Shown here one piece after another: positions 48,374 through 59,160 of a stretch of 64,000 nt of DNA. A program made the position numbers and the translations under genes. This stretch comes from Polyangiales bacterium (GTDB lineage: Bacteria > Myxococcota_A > Polyangia > Polyangiales > Ga0077539), in contig JBGARZ010000020.1 in the NCBI GenBank assembly GCA_044229975.1, positions 32,001 through 96,000 on the forward strand. The letters are read 5' to 3'. Position 1 is the stretch's first letter, and the number at the start of each line of letters is the position of its first letter. The notes beneath the pieces are model-generated. The model saw only the letters and a list, made by a program, of their open reading frames with translations. It made no database searches and was not told the DNA's origin.

Positions 48374-49135
48374 TCACACCCGCGACAGCGCCCGCACCCT
48401 CGCCGACCACTCCCGCTCCCGCTTCGGAACCATCGCCAGGAAGGTCTCGCTCCCATGCGCGACCTCCGTGAGCCCGGCGTCGCGCACGATGGCGCAGTCC
48501 TCTTCGCGTTGCAGCGCCGTCCACTGCTCGCCCGATGCGCGCAGCACCGCGCACGGCATCCCCGCCGTCGCCCACTGCCCGAACGCCTCGGCCTCCCGCG
48601 CGCCAAACGCGTGCGCGCCCAGCAGCACCGCGTGCCCGATCTGCGCGGCCATCTTCCCGACGCGCATCGACACGTCGCCGTTGAGCACGAACACCATCAC
48701 CGGCGCGTCGCCCTCTACCGCGACCGCGCGCGACGGCAGCTCGGTCACCTCGGCGACGTACGCCTGGAGCGCGATCAGCAGCTTCGAGCGATCGCTCTTG
48801 CGCTGTGGTGGCAGCGCGCGCACCACGACCACGCCCGCGTCTGATCCTTCGCCCGAGTCGAGCGCGGACACCTGCGGCCAGTGCTTCTCGTTGGCGCGCA
48901 GGCACACCTTGCGAAACGAGCGCGACGACCACTCGGCGAAGGCGTCGCGGTAGCGCGGGTCGTCGGCGTAGCGCGCCGTCACGTCGAAGGTCGCGCGCGC
49001 CGCCGCGACGAGGAGACCTTCGAGCGAGGCCGGGTGCTCCTTGCGCACGACGAGGTACATCACCCACGGGTCGTCCTGCGCGGCGCGGGCGTCGACCGAC
49101 TCGGGGTGATCCTTGTCGTGCTCGTAGACGGGCAT
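48374..49135 (-). CDS. Peptidyl-tRNA hydrolase PTH2-family protein with two PTH2-like halves
   Basis: C-half M..GKMAAQIGHA...VRDAGLTEV..GSET; N-half VMYLVVRK...FRKVCLRA. Confidence 0.75.
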   Translation of the reverse strand: MPVYEHDKDHPESVDARAAQDDPWVMYLVVRKEHPASLEGLLVAAARATFDVTARYADDPRYRDAFAEWSSRSFRKVCLRANEKHWPQVSALDSGEGSDAGVVVVRALPPQRKSDRSKLLIALQAYVAEVTELPSRAVAVEGDAPVMVFVLNGDVSMRVGKMAAQIGHAVLLGAHAFGAREAEAFGQWATAGMPCAVLRASGEQWTALQREEDCAIVRDAGLTEVAHGSETFLAMVPKREREWSARVRALSRV

Positions 49136-49139
49136 CAGG

Positions 49140-50642
49140 TCAGCGGACGTAGATGGGGCTGGTGTAGATCCAGACGACGTCGCGGATGAGGCGCTCCAGG
49201 CCCGGGAGGTAGGGTCGCGCGTGGTTGGGCATCATGCGGACCTCGGCGCGGTACACGCCCGCCGTCGTGGGCGTAAACGACAGGTCGCCGGTGTCGGCCG
49301 TCGCGACCTCGGTCCACTCGCCGGAGGTCTGCGCGCGCAGGATGCGCAGGCGCGTGGTGGGCACCGGCAGCGTCGCGTTGAGGTTGTTGACCGTCGGTCG
49401 CGTCACGCGAAGAACGGGCGCGCCGGTGAGCATCACCTCGGAGCCGATCTCGCTGACCGTGCCGCCCGACGTCGAGGTGTAGCTGAAGCCGACGGGCGTC
49501 CCGTACGCTTCGAAGGCGACGAAGTTGCGGCTCTCGCGGAGTGCTTCGAGGGCGCTCTCGCGGGTGAGCTCGCCGCGCACCAGCAGCTCGTTGGAGAACC
49601 ACCGGAACACCCGTCGGTAGCTGTCGCCGCGCTCGCCGTCGCCGAGCGGAACAGGGAGGACGTTTTCGTGCGCGTCGCTGCCCGCGATGCCGGGGATGCG
49701 GCGACCCTCGGCGAGCAGCGTGGCCCACTTGCGCAGGTCGTTGGTGTTCTCCGTGAACCACGTCAGGAACAAGAACTCGGGGTCGAGCGCGGGCCTCCGC
49801 TGGAACTGGAGGATGTCCGCGAGCGCGGGCCCGACGTTGAAGCCCAGGTGCGGACCCGCGATGCGCGGGTCGAGGTTGGCGTGGACGTTGTAGATCTCGA
49901 CGATGTCGGGCTGCACCTCGCGGAGGTACTCGATGGAGCGCTGCTCGACGTGGGGGATGGCCACCATGGCGCCGGCCGCCCGGAAGCGCGCGGCGGCCTC
50001 GGGGCCGTCGGCGTTGTAGGCGTTGTTGAGGCTGCCCCCGACGAGGTCGGGGTGGCGCCGCAGCGCGATGGGCATGAGGTCGTTTTCGGCGCCGGGGAAG
50101 AGCAGCACGCGGTGCCCGTCGGCGCACCCGATGCTCGACCCGACGACCTGTCCGCCCTCCATCACGGGCATGTCTCCGGGGCGCATCTGGAGCACCGTCT
50201 CGTAGGGCACCGAGGCCATGCGGTCGTCGTGCTCGGTGAGGAAGATCACGTCGAGGTTGGAGCGGCACAGGGCGCGTCGCCAGCTCTGGAGGCACGGCTC
50301 GTTGGGCCCGCCGTCGACGTAGGGGTTGCCGTCGCACGCGTCGTGCGAGTGCACCGAGTGCGAGTGGATGATCGCCCGCACGGTGCGGTACCCGCGGGCC
50401 TCGCCCATCACCCGCGCGCTCACGAGCTCGCGCGGCCACGTCGGCGGCGCGGGGACGTCGGGCAGCGTCACGTCGGGGAGCTCGTCGACGTCGTCGACGG
50501 TCCCGGCATCGGCGCCGAGGTCGGTGGTGCCGAGGTCGTTGACCTGACCCGCGTCGGGGGTCGGCGTGGGTGTGTTGGTGGATTCGCACCCGAGGGCGAG
50601 GGCGACGGAGAACGCGAGCGGAGCAAGGGCGGGCTTCATCAC
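49140..50642 (-). CDS. PHP-domain (CehA/McbA-like) metallohydrolase lipoprotein
   Basis: LALGC lipobox, HSHSVHSHDA, LTEH, VEIYN, GSDAH. Confidence 0.78.
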   Translation of the reverse strand: MMKPALAPLAFSVALALGCESTNTPTPTPDAGQVNDLGTTDLGADAGTVDDVDELPDVTLPDVPAPPTWPRELVSARVMGEARGYRTVRAIIHSHSVHSHDACDGNPYVDGGPNEPCLQSWRRALCRSNLDVIFLTEHDDRMASVPYETVLQMRPGDMPVMEGGQVVGSSIGCADGHRVLLFPGAENDLMPIALRRHPDLVGGSLNNAYNADGPEAAARFRAAGAMVAIPHVEQRSIEYLREVQPDIVEIYNVHANLDPRIAGPHLGFNVGPALADILQFQRRPALDPEFLFLTWFTENTNDLRKWATLLAEGRRIPGIAGSDAHENVLPVPLGDGERGDSYRRVFRWFSNELLVRGELTRESALEALRESRNFVAFEAYGTPVGFSYTSTSGGTVSEIGSEVMLTGAPVLRVTRPTVNNLNATLPVPTTRLRILRAQTSGEWTEVATADTGDLSFTPTTAGVYRAEVRMMPNHARPYLPGLERLIRDVVWIYTSPIYVR

Positions 50643-50827
50643 GGCGGGTACCTATACCGCAACGTCGGCGGAGAGGATCTGTTCGTCTGTTCACGACGCG
50701 CTACGTCAGCGTGGAGAGCCGGTCGCGGACTCCAAAACCCGGTGATAGTCTCCGCGCCGGAACGACCACCCACGGACCGAGGAGGCTGTCTTCGGGTTGA
50801 GGTGGTCACAGACACGGAGAGTCAGTG

Positions 50828-52612
<1,785 letters not shown>

Positions 52613-52623
52613 GCCGCGCTCAG

Positions 52624-52661
52624 GTCGCTGGGGTTCGGGCGATGGCCCTCACCCCAGCGAC
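52624..52661. terminator. Stem-loop between convergent pckG and FGE genes
   Basis: GTCGCTGGGG...CCCCAGCGAC 10-bp stem with inner GGGC/GCCC. Confidence 0.55.
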
Positions 52662-52662
52662 G

Positions 52663-53583
52663 TCAGCGAGTCGCCTCTGTCACGCAACGAAACCCGTTGT
52701 TGGAGAACGCCGCCCGCGCCTCCGCATGGCCGCGGTACCACAGCCCGTAGCCCTCGCAGGTACACGTCGCGCACCACCACGATCCGCCGCGCAGGACGCG
52801 GCGCTCCACGACGCCCGCGTCGGTCGGCGCGCCGTCGTCGAGCGGGCGCGCGTAGGCGTCGGCGCGGTAGACGTCAGCGGTCCACTGCCAGACGTTGCCC
52901 ACCGGGTCGTAGAGGCCCCATGCGTTGGGCGCGAACGCCCGCACCGGTGAGACGTAGACGTGCCCGTCGCGGCGGTCGTTGTGGGCGTGCGAGGCGCCCT
53001 GCCAGAAGTTGAGCCGGAGGTTGCCCGCCGCGTCGGTGGGCTCGTCGCCCCACGGGTAGCGCGTGCCGTACGAGCCCGCGCGCATCGCGTACTCCCACTC
53101 GGCTTCGGTGGGCAGGCGGCCGTGGCGCCAGGAGCAGTACGCGACGGCGTCGTGCCAGGAGACCATCACGACGGGAGCGTCGTCGCGGAGGAAGGCGCGG
53201 GTGTCGGCGTCCTCCGCGCGGAAGGGACGGCGCCAGTCGCCGTGGGGGACGCGGCGCCAGGCCCAGTCGTCCATGCCCTCGACGGACTCGATGCCGTAGC
53301 CACTGCGCTCGGCCGTGGTGACGTGGTGGGTGGCGGCCACGAAGCGCGCGAAGTCGGCGCGCGTGACCAGCGTGCGGTCGATGCAGAACGGCGCGACGGA
53401 CACCGGATGGGCGGGGCGTTCGTCGCGGCGGGGCGTTCGGTCGCGGCCCTGCGTGAAGGTCGCGGCGGCGAGGCACACGCGCGCGGCGTCGGAGGACGGA
53501 AGCGGCTGGGCGGAGGCGCGGGAGAGCGCGGAGAGCAACGCGAGGAGGAGCGCTGCGGGGCGTCTCCCCGGACGGCGAGTCAC
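52663..53583 (-). CDS. Formylglycine-generating enzyme (SUMF1/FGE) family protein
   Basis: PVVMVSWHDA.AYC.W...RLPTEAEWEYA, PNAWGLYD.VGNVWQW, RGGSWWC...C, N.GFRCV; GTG overlapping upstream stop. Confidence 0.9.
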   Translation of the reverse strand: MTRRPGRRPAALLLALLSALSRASAQPLPSSDAARVCLAAATFTQGRDRTPRRDERPAHPVSVAPFCIDRTLVTRADFARFVAATHHVTTAERSGYGIESVEGMDDWAWRRVPHGDWRRPFRAEDADTRAFLRDDAPVVMVSWHDAVAYCSWRHGRLPTEAEWEYAMRAGSYGTRYPWGDEPTDAAGNLRLNFWQGASHAHNDRRDGHVYVSPVRAFAPNAWGLYDPVGNVWQWTADVYRADAYARPLDDGAPTDAGVVERRVLRGGSWWCATCTCEGYGLWYRGHAEARAAFSNNGFRCVTEATR

Positions 53584-54227
53584 GGAGTGCAGGGGCCGCG
53601 CGCCGCGAGGGAGGCGACCTCGCCCGGCGGGAGTGCGCGGTCGTAGACCCTGACGTCGTCGATCGTTCCGACGAAGTACTCGTCGGTGGGGTTGCCCGGG
53701 ACGGCGCGCCCGACGAAGAGCGACTGGCCCATGGTGATGAGCATGCGTGTCTCGGTCCCGTCGGGCGTTCCGTCGACATAGAGGCGCGCGATGGTGCCGT
53801 CGTAGGTGGCCACGATGGAGTGCCAGACGTTGTCGTTGGTGGGCCGTGAGCCGTTGAAGCCGTAGGTCGACGACGCGCGCCCGCACCGGTCTGCGTCGAG
53901 GGCGGCACCGGCGACGACGCCGCCGGGGGCGCCCGTTCCGCTGGAATCGTTGGCGTTGCCGTCGAACGCGTAGTGGGCGATCAGGCCGACCGTGAGGGGG
54001 TCGATGCCAGCGTCGGTTCCCACATCGACGACGGTAGGAGCGTCGGCGGTGGGTACGTCGACAGACCCCGCGTCGACGACGTCAACTTGATCGGAGGTGG
54101 TCACGTCCGCGAGAGCGACGTCGCCCGGAACGTCCTCCGCCGAGGCATCGATCGGGGCAGGCAACAGCGCCGCCGGGCGACACCCCGACGCGATGGTGAC
54201 CAGCCCCGCTAACACCGCGCGCCGCAT
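53580..54227 (-). CDS. LamG-like jellyroll lipoprotein, apparently internally deleted
   Basis: IASGC lipobox; GLIAHYAFDGNANDSSG, WH.IVATYDG...LYVDG, F.G.IDDVRVYDRAL. Confidence 0.72.
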   Translation of the reverse strand: MRRAVLAGLVTIASGCRPAALLPAPIDASAEDVPGDVALADVTTSDQVDVVDAGSVDVPTADAPTVVDVGTDAGIDPLTVGLIAHYAFDGNANDSSGTGAPGGVVAGAALDADRCGRASSTYGFNGSRPTNDNVWHSIVATYDGTIARLYVDGTPDGTETRMLITMGQSLFVGRAVPGNPTDEYFVGTIDDVRVYDRALPPGEVASLAARGPCTP

Positions 54228-54378
54228 CCGCAGCCATCGCGTCGGTGTGGTGAGTCGGAGCCCCTCTCTCATGCGGCGCATGCTGCCTTCGCTCGTCGTC
54301 GGGCGTCAAACGTCGCTCTGGATCGGCAGCGTTCCAAGTCGAGGCCAAGCGTCCCGGGTTGAGACCCACGATGCTCGC

Positions 54379-54420
54379 GCCGGGGTTCACGACGCAGGGC
54401 CTGCACCGTGAACCCCGGCC
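54379..54420. repeat. Short hairpin copy of the 43484-43723 element
   Basis: GCCGGGGTTCACG-ACGCAGGGCCTGCAC-CGTGAACCCCGGCC; right part matches 43695-43723 with one mismatch. Confidence 0.85.
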
Positions 54421-54431
54421 TATTGCCAACG

Positions 54432-56522
54432 TCAGAGCAACGGCGGCCGCGCGAGGCACGACTCCACCGACGCGCCACCGCCCTGGCCCGCGCCCACCGC
54501 CGCGAAGGCGCCCTCGATCTGCCGCCGCTGTCCCGCCCACCGCGGCGACGTGAAGTGCCTCCGCATCGCCCCGCGCGCCGCATCGTCGAGGAACCACGAC
54601 GTCGGAATACGCGACAGCTCCGTCGGCGGCATGTCGACGAGCACGCAGCCGAAGCGCACGCCGAACTCCGCGGCGAGGCGCGTGATCATCAGCCGGTGCA
54701 GCATCTGACCGCGGCCGACCTCGGCGCCCTTCAACGCCGACATGATCTCCCACTCGCCGGGCAGCGCGCTGTGGGCCTCCGTCGCCGACGCGTCGAGCAC
54801 CACCAGCAGCACGCCCCGGCGGCGGAGCTCCTCGCGCTCGTGCAGCAGCAGCGGATACAAGCCCTGCACCCCGGAGTTGAGAAACACACCGCCGTCCGTG
54901 ATGCGCGTCGAGCGCTGGTCGGTGAGGTGTTCGTGTCCCGTGAGCGGGTGCAGCGCCGTCACTGGAATCAACGGAAAGGCCAACGGGAAGTTGGCCGACG
55001 CGCGCGCCGCGCTGAGCAGCGGAACGTCCATCCCCGGCGCGATCTCCTGCAACGTGTGGGAGGCGTCACGGTCGCACACCCACGCTTCGCCCAGGCCGCG
55101 GGCCTCGCGGCAGACGCTGCGGTCTTCGGCGTCGAAGACGCGCGACGCGAAGGGGCTGAGCAGCACCGGGTGGCCGAGCATGTCGGCGGAGTTGAGGATC
55201 GGGACGGGGAAGCGGGTGTCGCCTGAGTTCCAGGAGCGGGCGAGCGAGGCGAGGGTGACGCCCTGGAGCGAGAGCCGCGAGCGCCACTCCGACTCGACGG
55301 CGGCGGCGCGGTCGTGGTGGGTTCCGATGGCGCGCAGCAAGGGCCAGACGTAGTCGGTCTCCATCGCGGCGCGGTAGCCCGCGGGGGTGACGCGGCCGAG
55401 GCGCAGCGCGACGTAGCCGGACATCGCGAGCGATCCGCCCGACACGCCGCTCACCGACTCGATGGCGGCCGACACGGCAGGCAGCTCGCGGTCGATGGCG
55501 AGCAGCGACGAGGCCGCGAAGGTCGCCGCGCGCGACCCGCCACCCGAGGCCGCGACGACGACGATCGGGCCCTCACCGGAGCGGGGCCAGCGGTCGGCGG
55601 TGATCCAGGGTGCGCGAGCGGGGGTGGAGGTGTTGGTGGCGTGCGCGGGGTCGTCGGGCAGCGCGAGCCACGGGGAGTCCGGCGCGTAGCCGAGCGCGCC
55701 CCACACGGCGAAGGCGCCGACGATGGCGGCGATGAAGCGGATGGGCCGCGGGTCGAAGTAGTCCCAGGTGTCGAGCCCGTGACCGACCATGAGGATGAAG
55801 CACAGCCCCGTGGTGACGACGAAGGGCGTGCGGAAGGTGGTGTCGGAGGGAGCGACCAGCAGGATGACGGCGAAGGCGATGACGAAGCCGACGAGCAGCG
55901 TGGCGAGGCGGAGCAGCACCTGTCGCACCGCGGCGGCGGGCGGCCACGCCTTCACCCACTCGTCGGGCGGCAGCGCGCGCGGACTCCAGAACGACGCGAC
56001 GCCCAGCGGCCGCATCCCGAAGACCACCGCCATCCCGACCACAAAGAACGCCACGAAGGACCACAGCCCCGCCATCGACTGGAGCACCACGCTGCGGACG
56101 ATCGCCGAGGTGAAGATCAGCGCGAGGACGAGCAGCCCCGAGGCGATGGTGAGCGAGAAGCGCTGGGCCATCTCGGTGATGCGCTCCAGCGTCCAGTAGA
56201 AGCGCGTCGCGCGGTTGTGGCCGATGGCGGCGTCGAGCAGGTCGTGTGAGCGCGCGGCGAGCTCGGTGATGGGTTCAGCGCGGGCGTCGTCGTCGGCCGT
56301 GGAGACGCGGGCGACGGCCTCGGCGACGGCGTCGACCGCGGCGAGCGTGGGCCCCGGCTGGCTGACGGCGCGGGCTTCGGCGAGGAGGGTGGAGATGGTT
56401 CGGGTCGCCCAGGCGGTGATCGCGTGGCGGGCGGCGGCGGAGCTGTTGTGGCCGCGCAGGCCGGAGGCGAAGAGCGCGAAGTAGAGGATCTGGCGGGCGA
56501 GCGCGACGAGCCGGAGGTTCAT
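54432..56522 (-). CDS. Membrane-anchored patatin-like phospholipase
   Basis: Several TM helices, then AASGGGSRAA, SGVSGGS, SANFP, TDGG..NSG. Confidence 0.8.
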   Translation of the reverse strand: MNLRLVALARQILYFALFASGLRGHNSSAAARHAITAWATRTISTLLAEARAVSQPGPTLAAVDAVAEAVARVSTADDDARAEPITELAARSHDLLDAAIGHNRATRFYWTLERITEMAQRFSLTIASGLLVLALIFTSAIVRSVVLQSMAGLWSFVAFFVVGMAVVFGMRPLGVASFWSPRALPPDEWVKAWPPAAAVRQVLLRLATLLVGFVIAFAVILLVAPSDTTFRTPFVVTTGLCFILMVGHGLDTWDYFDPRPIRFIAAIVGAFAVWGALGYAPDSPWLALPDDPAHATNTSTPARAPWITADRWPRSGEGPIVVVAASGGGSRAATFAASSLLAIDRELPAVSAAIESVSGVSGGSLAMSGYVALRLGRVTPAGYRAAMETDYVWPLLRAIGTHHDRAAAVESEWRSRLSLQGVTLASLARSWNSGDTRFPVPILNSADMLGHPVLLSPFASRVFDAEDRSVCREARGLGEAWVCDRDASHTLQEIAPGMDVPLLSAARASANFPLAFPLIPVTALHPLTGHEHLTDQRSTRITDGGVFLNSGVQGLYPLLLHEREELRRRGVLLVVLDASATEAHSALPGEWEIMSALKGAEVGRGQMLHRLMITRLAAEFGVRFGCVLVDMPPTELSRIPTSWFLDDAARGAMRRHFTSPRWAGQRRQIEGAFAAVGAGQGGGASVESCLARPPLL

Positions 56523-56562
56523 CGACGCCGGAGGCTACACCGCGTCGGGCGGAGGGCGAGCG

Positions 56563-57027
56563 TCAGCCGTTGTCGCGGAAGCCGCCGTTGACCCAGCGCT
56601 GCGCGCCTGCCGGGGAGAGCTTGTAGCTGGGCGGCATCCGCACCTTCGCGACGCACTCGTCGGACTCGTCCCACGCCGTCAGGAAGGCGTGCGGATCATC
56701 TTCATCAGGGGCGATGTCGAGGTCGACGCGCACCCGCCGCCCGTCGCTGTTGGTGACGGTGGTGCTCTTGTGGAGCTGCGCGCGGCGCTGGTGGGCGTGT
56801 CGCTGCAACACCTCGGTGGCGGTCTTCACCAGGGTGTTGAAGGCGTTTTGATCGAGGGGCTTCGGGTTCTTCTTGTCGCGGCCCATGGTCCACGGGCCGA
56901 CGAGCGCGGGCTCGGGCTCGCCGTCCTGGATCATCTCCACGGCCCAGCCATCATCGCTGTCGTTCTTGATGACCTTGGCGGTCCATCCATCGGCGATCCA
57001 GAGGCGGGGGTCTTGCTCGGTGGGCAT
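56563..57027 (-). CDS. Conserved hypothetical protein
   Basis: MPTEQDPRLW...GPWTMGRDKKNPKPLD; host-like codon usage. Confidence 0.7.
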   Translation of the reverse strand: MPTEQDPRLWIADGWTAKVIKNDSDDGWAVEMIQDGEPEPALVGPWTMGRDKKNPKPLDQNAFNTLVKTATEVLQRHAHQRRAQLHKSTTVTNSDGRRVRVDLDIAPDEDDPHAFLTAWDESDECVAKVRMPPSYKLSPAGAQRWVNGGFRDNG

Positions 57028-57113
57028 GTCCGTCGTGTACCCGTCGGCCCTCATAGCGTCCAGCGAAGGCGTGACATTCGCTGTCCGACTCGCGCTATAG
57101 CGAACGCCCGACG

Positions 57114-57884
57114 ATGAGCACCTCACCTTCCCTGCGCGCGTGGCTCCGAGAGGGGCCGTTTACCCTGGCGATGTCGTCGGGCTTCTTCGGGTTCTATGTT
57201 CATGCGGGGGCGCTGACGACGCTGGTCGACGCGGGCTTCTCGCCCAACGCCGCGACGGGGTCGAGCGCGGGCGCGCTGGTGACCGGGATGTACGCGGGCG
57301 GCGTCACGCTCGACGCGATGCGAGAGCGGCTGGCGACGCTGCGACGGGAGGACTTCTGGGATCCGGCGCCGGGCGCGGGGCTGCTGCGGGGCAAGCGGTT
57401 TCGCGCGCTGTTGGAGGAGATGATCCCAGTGGCTGACATCGGCGATGCGCCGGTGGCGTACGCGCCGAGCGTGTTCGACCTCGGGTCGCGACGGACGGAG
57501 GTGCTGCGAACAGGGAGCGTGGCGGCGGCCATCCACGCGTCGTGCGCGCTGCCGGTGTTGTTTCAGCCGGTGCGCATCGGCGGGCGGTTGTACAGCGACG
57601 GCGGCATCGCCGACCGACCGGGAATCGCAGGCGTGAAGGAGGGCGAGCGGGTGCTGTACCACCACCTGGCGTCGCGCTCTCCGTGGCGGAGCGTCGGGTC
57701 GATGTCGATGCGGGTTCCGCGACGGGAGGGATTGGCGGCGGTGTCCATCGAGGGGCTGCTGCGGGTGAATCCGTTCGCGCTGGAGCGCGGGATGAAGGCG
57801 TTTGCGATGGCGGAGAAGGCGATGCGGCGGGCGCTGGAGATGCCGATGCGCGATGGGCTCGTGGCGCTGGATGCGGTGGGGTGA
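57114..57884 (+). CDS. Patatin-like phospholipase
   Basis: SSGFFGFYVHAG, GSSAG, ASCALP..F.P, DGG. Confidence 0.88.
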   Translation: MSTSPSLRAWLREGPFTLAMSSGFFGFYVHAGALTTLVDAGFSPNAATGSSAGALVTGMYAGGVTLDAMRERLATLRREDFWDPAPGAGLLRGKRFRALLEEMIPVADIGDAPVAYAPSVFDLGSRRTEVLRTGSVAAAIHASCALPVLFQPVRIGGRLYSDGGIADRPGIAGVKEGERVLYHHLASRSPWRSVGSMSMRVPRREGLAAVSIEGLLRVNPFALERGMKAFAMAEKAMRRALEMPMRDGLVALDAVG

Positions 57885-57886
57885 CG

Positions 57887-58294
57887 TCAGTCGTCGAAGG
57901 TCGGCGCCGCGTACTGAAGCACTTCGTTTCTACCCATCGAGCGCCGCCCGTTTGTGGGTGGAGCCGGTTTCACCTTTTCAACTTCTCCCACTGTCTGAAC
58001 AGCGCCGAGGTACTCCTCCAGCGCGTCCAGGGCTCCGACGACGTCGTGGAGTTCCTTCTCCAGGAGCTCATCGATCAGGTCGCCTTCCCACCAGTCTTCG
58101 ATCGCGACTCCCAGTTCGCCCCGTTCCACCCTCGCCCTGCGCTCTCTCAGCGCGTCCAACAACCCTCGCGGACCCAGGTCGGCAATCAGGGCATGGGACA
58201 ACCAGAACGATCGGTTGGGCGCGTAGTGGACCCCTCCTTTGTAGGCCCACCCCACAGCCACGAGCCTCCTAAAAACCTCCTCCGCGTCCATCAT
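57887..58294 (-). CDS. Hypothetical protein, lower GC
   Basis: MMDAEEVFRRL... 135 aa directly downstream of the enoyl-CoA hydratase. Confidence 0.5.
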   Translation of the reverse strand: MMDAEEVFRRLVAVGWAYKGGVHYAPNRSFWLSHALIADLGPRGLLDALRERRARVERGELGVAIEDWWEGDLIDELLEKELHDVVGALDALEEYLGAVQTVGEVEKVKPAPPTNGRRSMGRNEVLQYAAPTFDD

Positions 58295-58305
58295 GCGCGT
58301 CGGTA

Positions 58306-59103
58306 TCAATCGTCGAAGACCGCCGCCCGCTTCTGCATCACGGCCATCACCGCCTCCATCTGCTCGGCACCGCCCAGCAGCGTCCGTTGCAGATCGGACT
58401 CCAGCCGCAGCGCCGCGCCCACGTCGAGCCCGCGCGATTCGCTGAGCAACCGCTTCGCCGCTCGCACTGCGCGGGGCGCCTGCGCCGCGATGGTGCGCGC
58501 CGTCTCCAGCGCCGCTGCGATCGGGTCGTCGCACGATCGCGTGGCCAGACCCATCGCGACGGCTTCTTCGCCCGACACGCGGCGCCCGGTGAAGGTCAGC
58601 TCGCGCGCCACATCGGGCCGCACGAGGCCCGGTAGAAAGGTGCTCAGACCCATGTCGGGGATGAGCCCGTAGCGCACCTCCATCACCGAGAGCTGCGTCG
58701 CCGGATGCACGTAGCGGAGGTCGGCGCCGAGCGCGATCTGCAAGCCTCCACCAAAGGCCACGCCGTGCACCGCGGCGATGACGGGCATCGGCAGCTCGGC
58801 CCACACCCGCGACACCTGCTGGGCGAGGTTGGCGGTGCGCCCGACGGGTCGATCGAGCAGCCGCGTCGCCGCGTCGGCGCCGACCTCCATGAACGCCGGC
58901 CAGTCGAGTCCCGCGCAGAACACCGGCCCTTCACCGGAGAGCACCACCGCGCGCACGCCGCGCTCGGCGGCGAGGCGATCGCCCGCGGCGACGATGCCTT
59001 CGAACATCGCGAGGTCGAGCCCGTTGCGCTTCTCCGGGCGGTTGAGGCGCACGTGCGCGACGTGTTGTTCCACGGTGACGAGGACACGATCAGTGGTGGT
59101 CAT
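58306..59103 (-). CDS. Enoyl-CoA hydratase/isomerase (crotonase) family protein
   Basis: LNRPEKRN, FCAGLD, PVIAAVHG.AFGGG.QIALGAD.R, E.RYGLIPD. Confidence 0.92.
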   Translation of the reverse strand: MTTTDRVLVTVEQHVAHVRLNRPEKRNGLDLAMFEGIVAAGDRLAAERGVRAVVLSGEGPVFCAGLDWPAFMEVGADAATRLLDRPVGRTANLAQQVSRVWAELPMPVIAAVHGVAFGGGLQIALGADLRYVHPATQLSVMEVRYGLIPDMGLSTFLPGLVRPDVARELTFTGRRVSGEEAVAMGLATRSCDDPIAAALETARTIAAQAPRAVRAAKRLLSESRGLDVGAALRLESDLQRTLLGGAEQMEAVMAVMQKRAAVFDD

Positions 59104-59160
59104 GGGAGCGGGACGATACGCGAGCGCCGACGCCGCGACGACCCCGCGCCCGCGGGCGCT

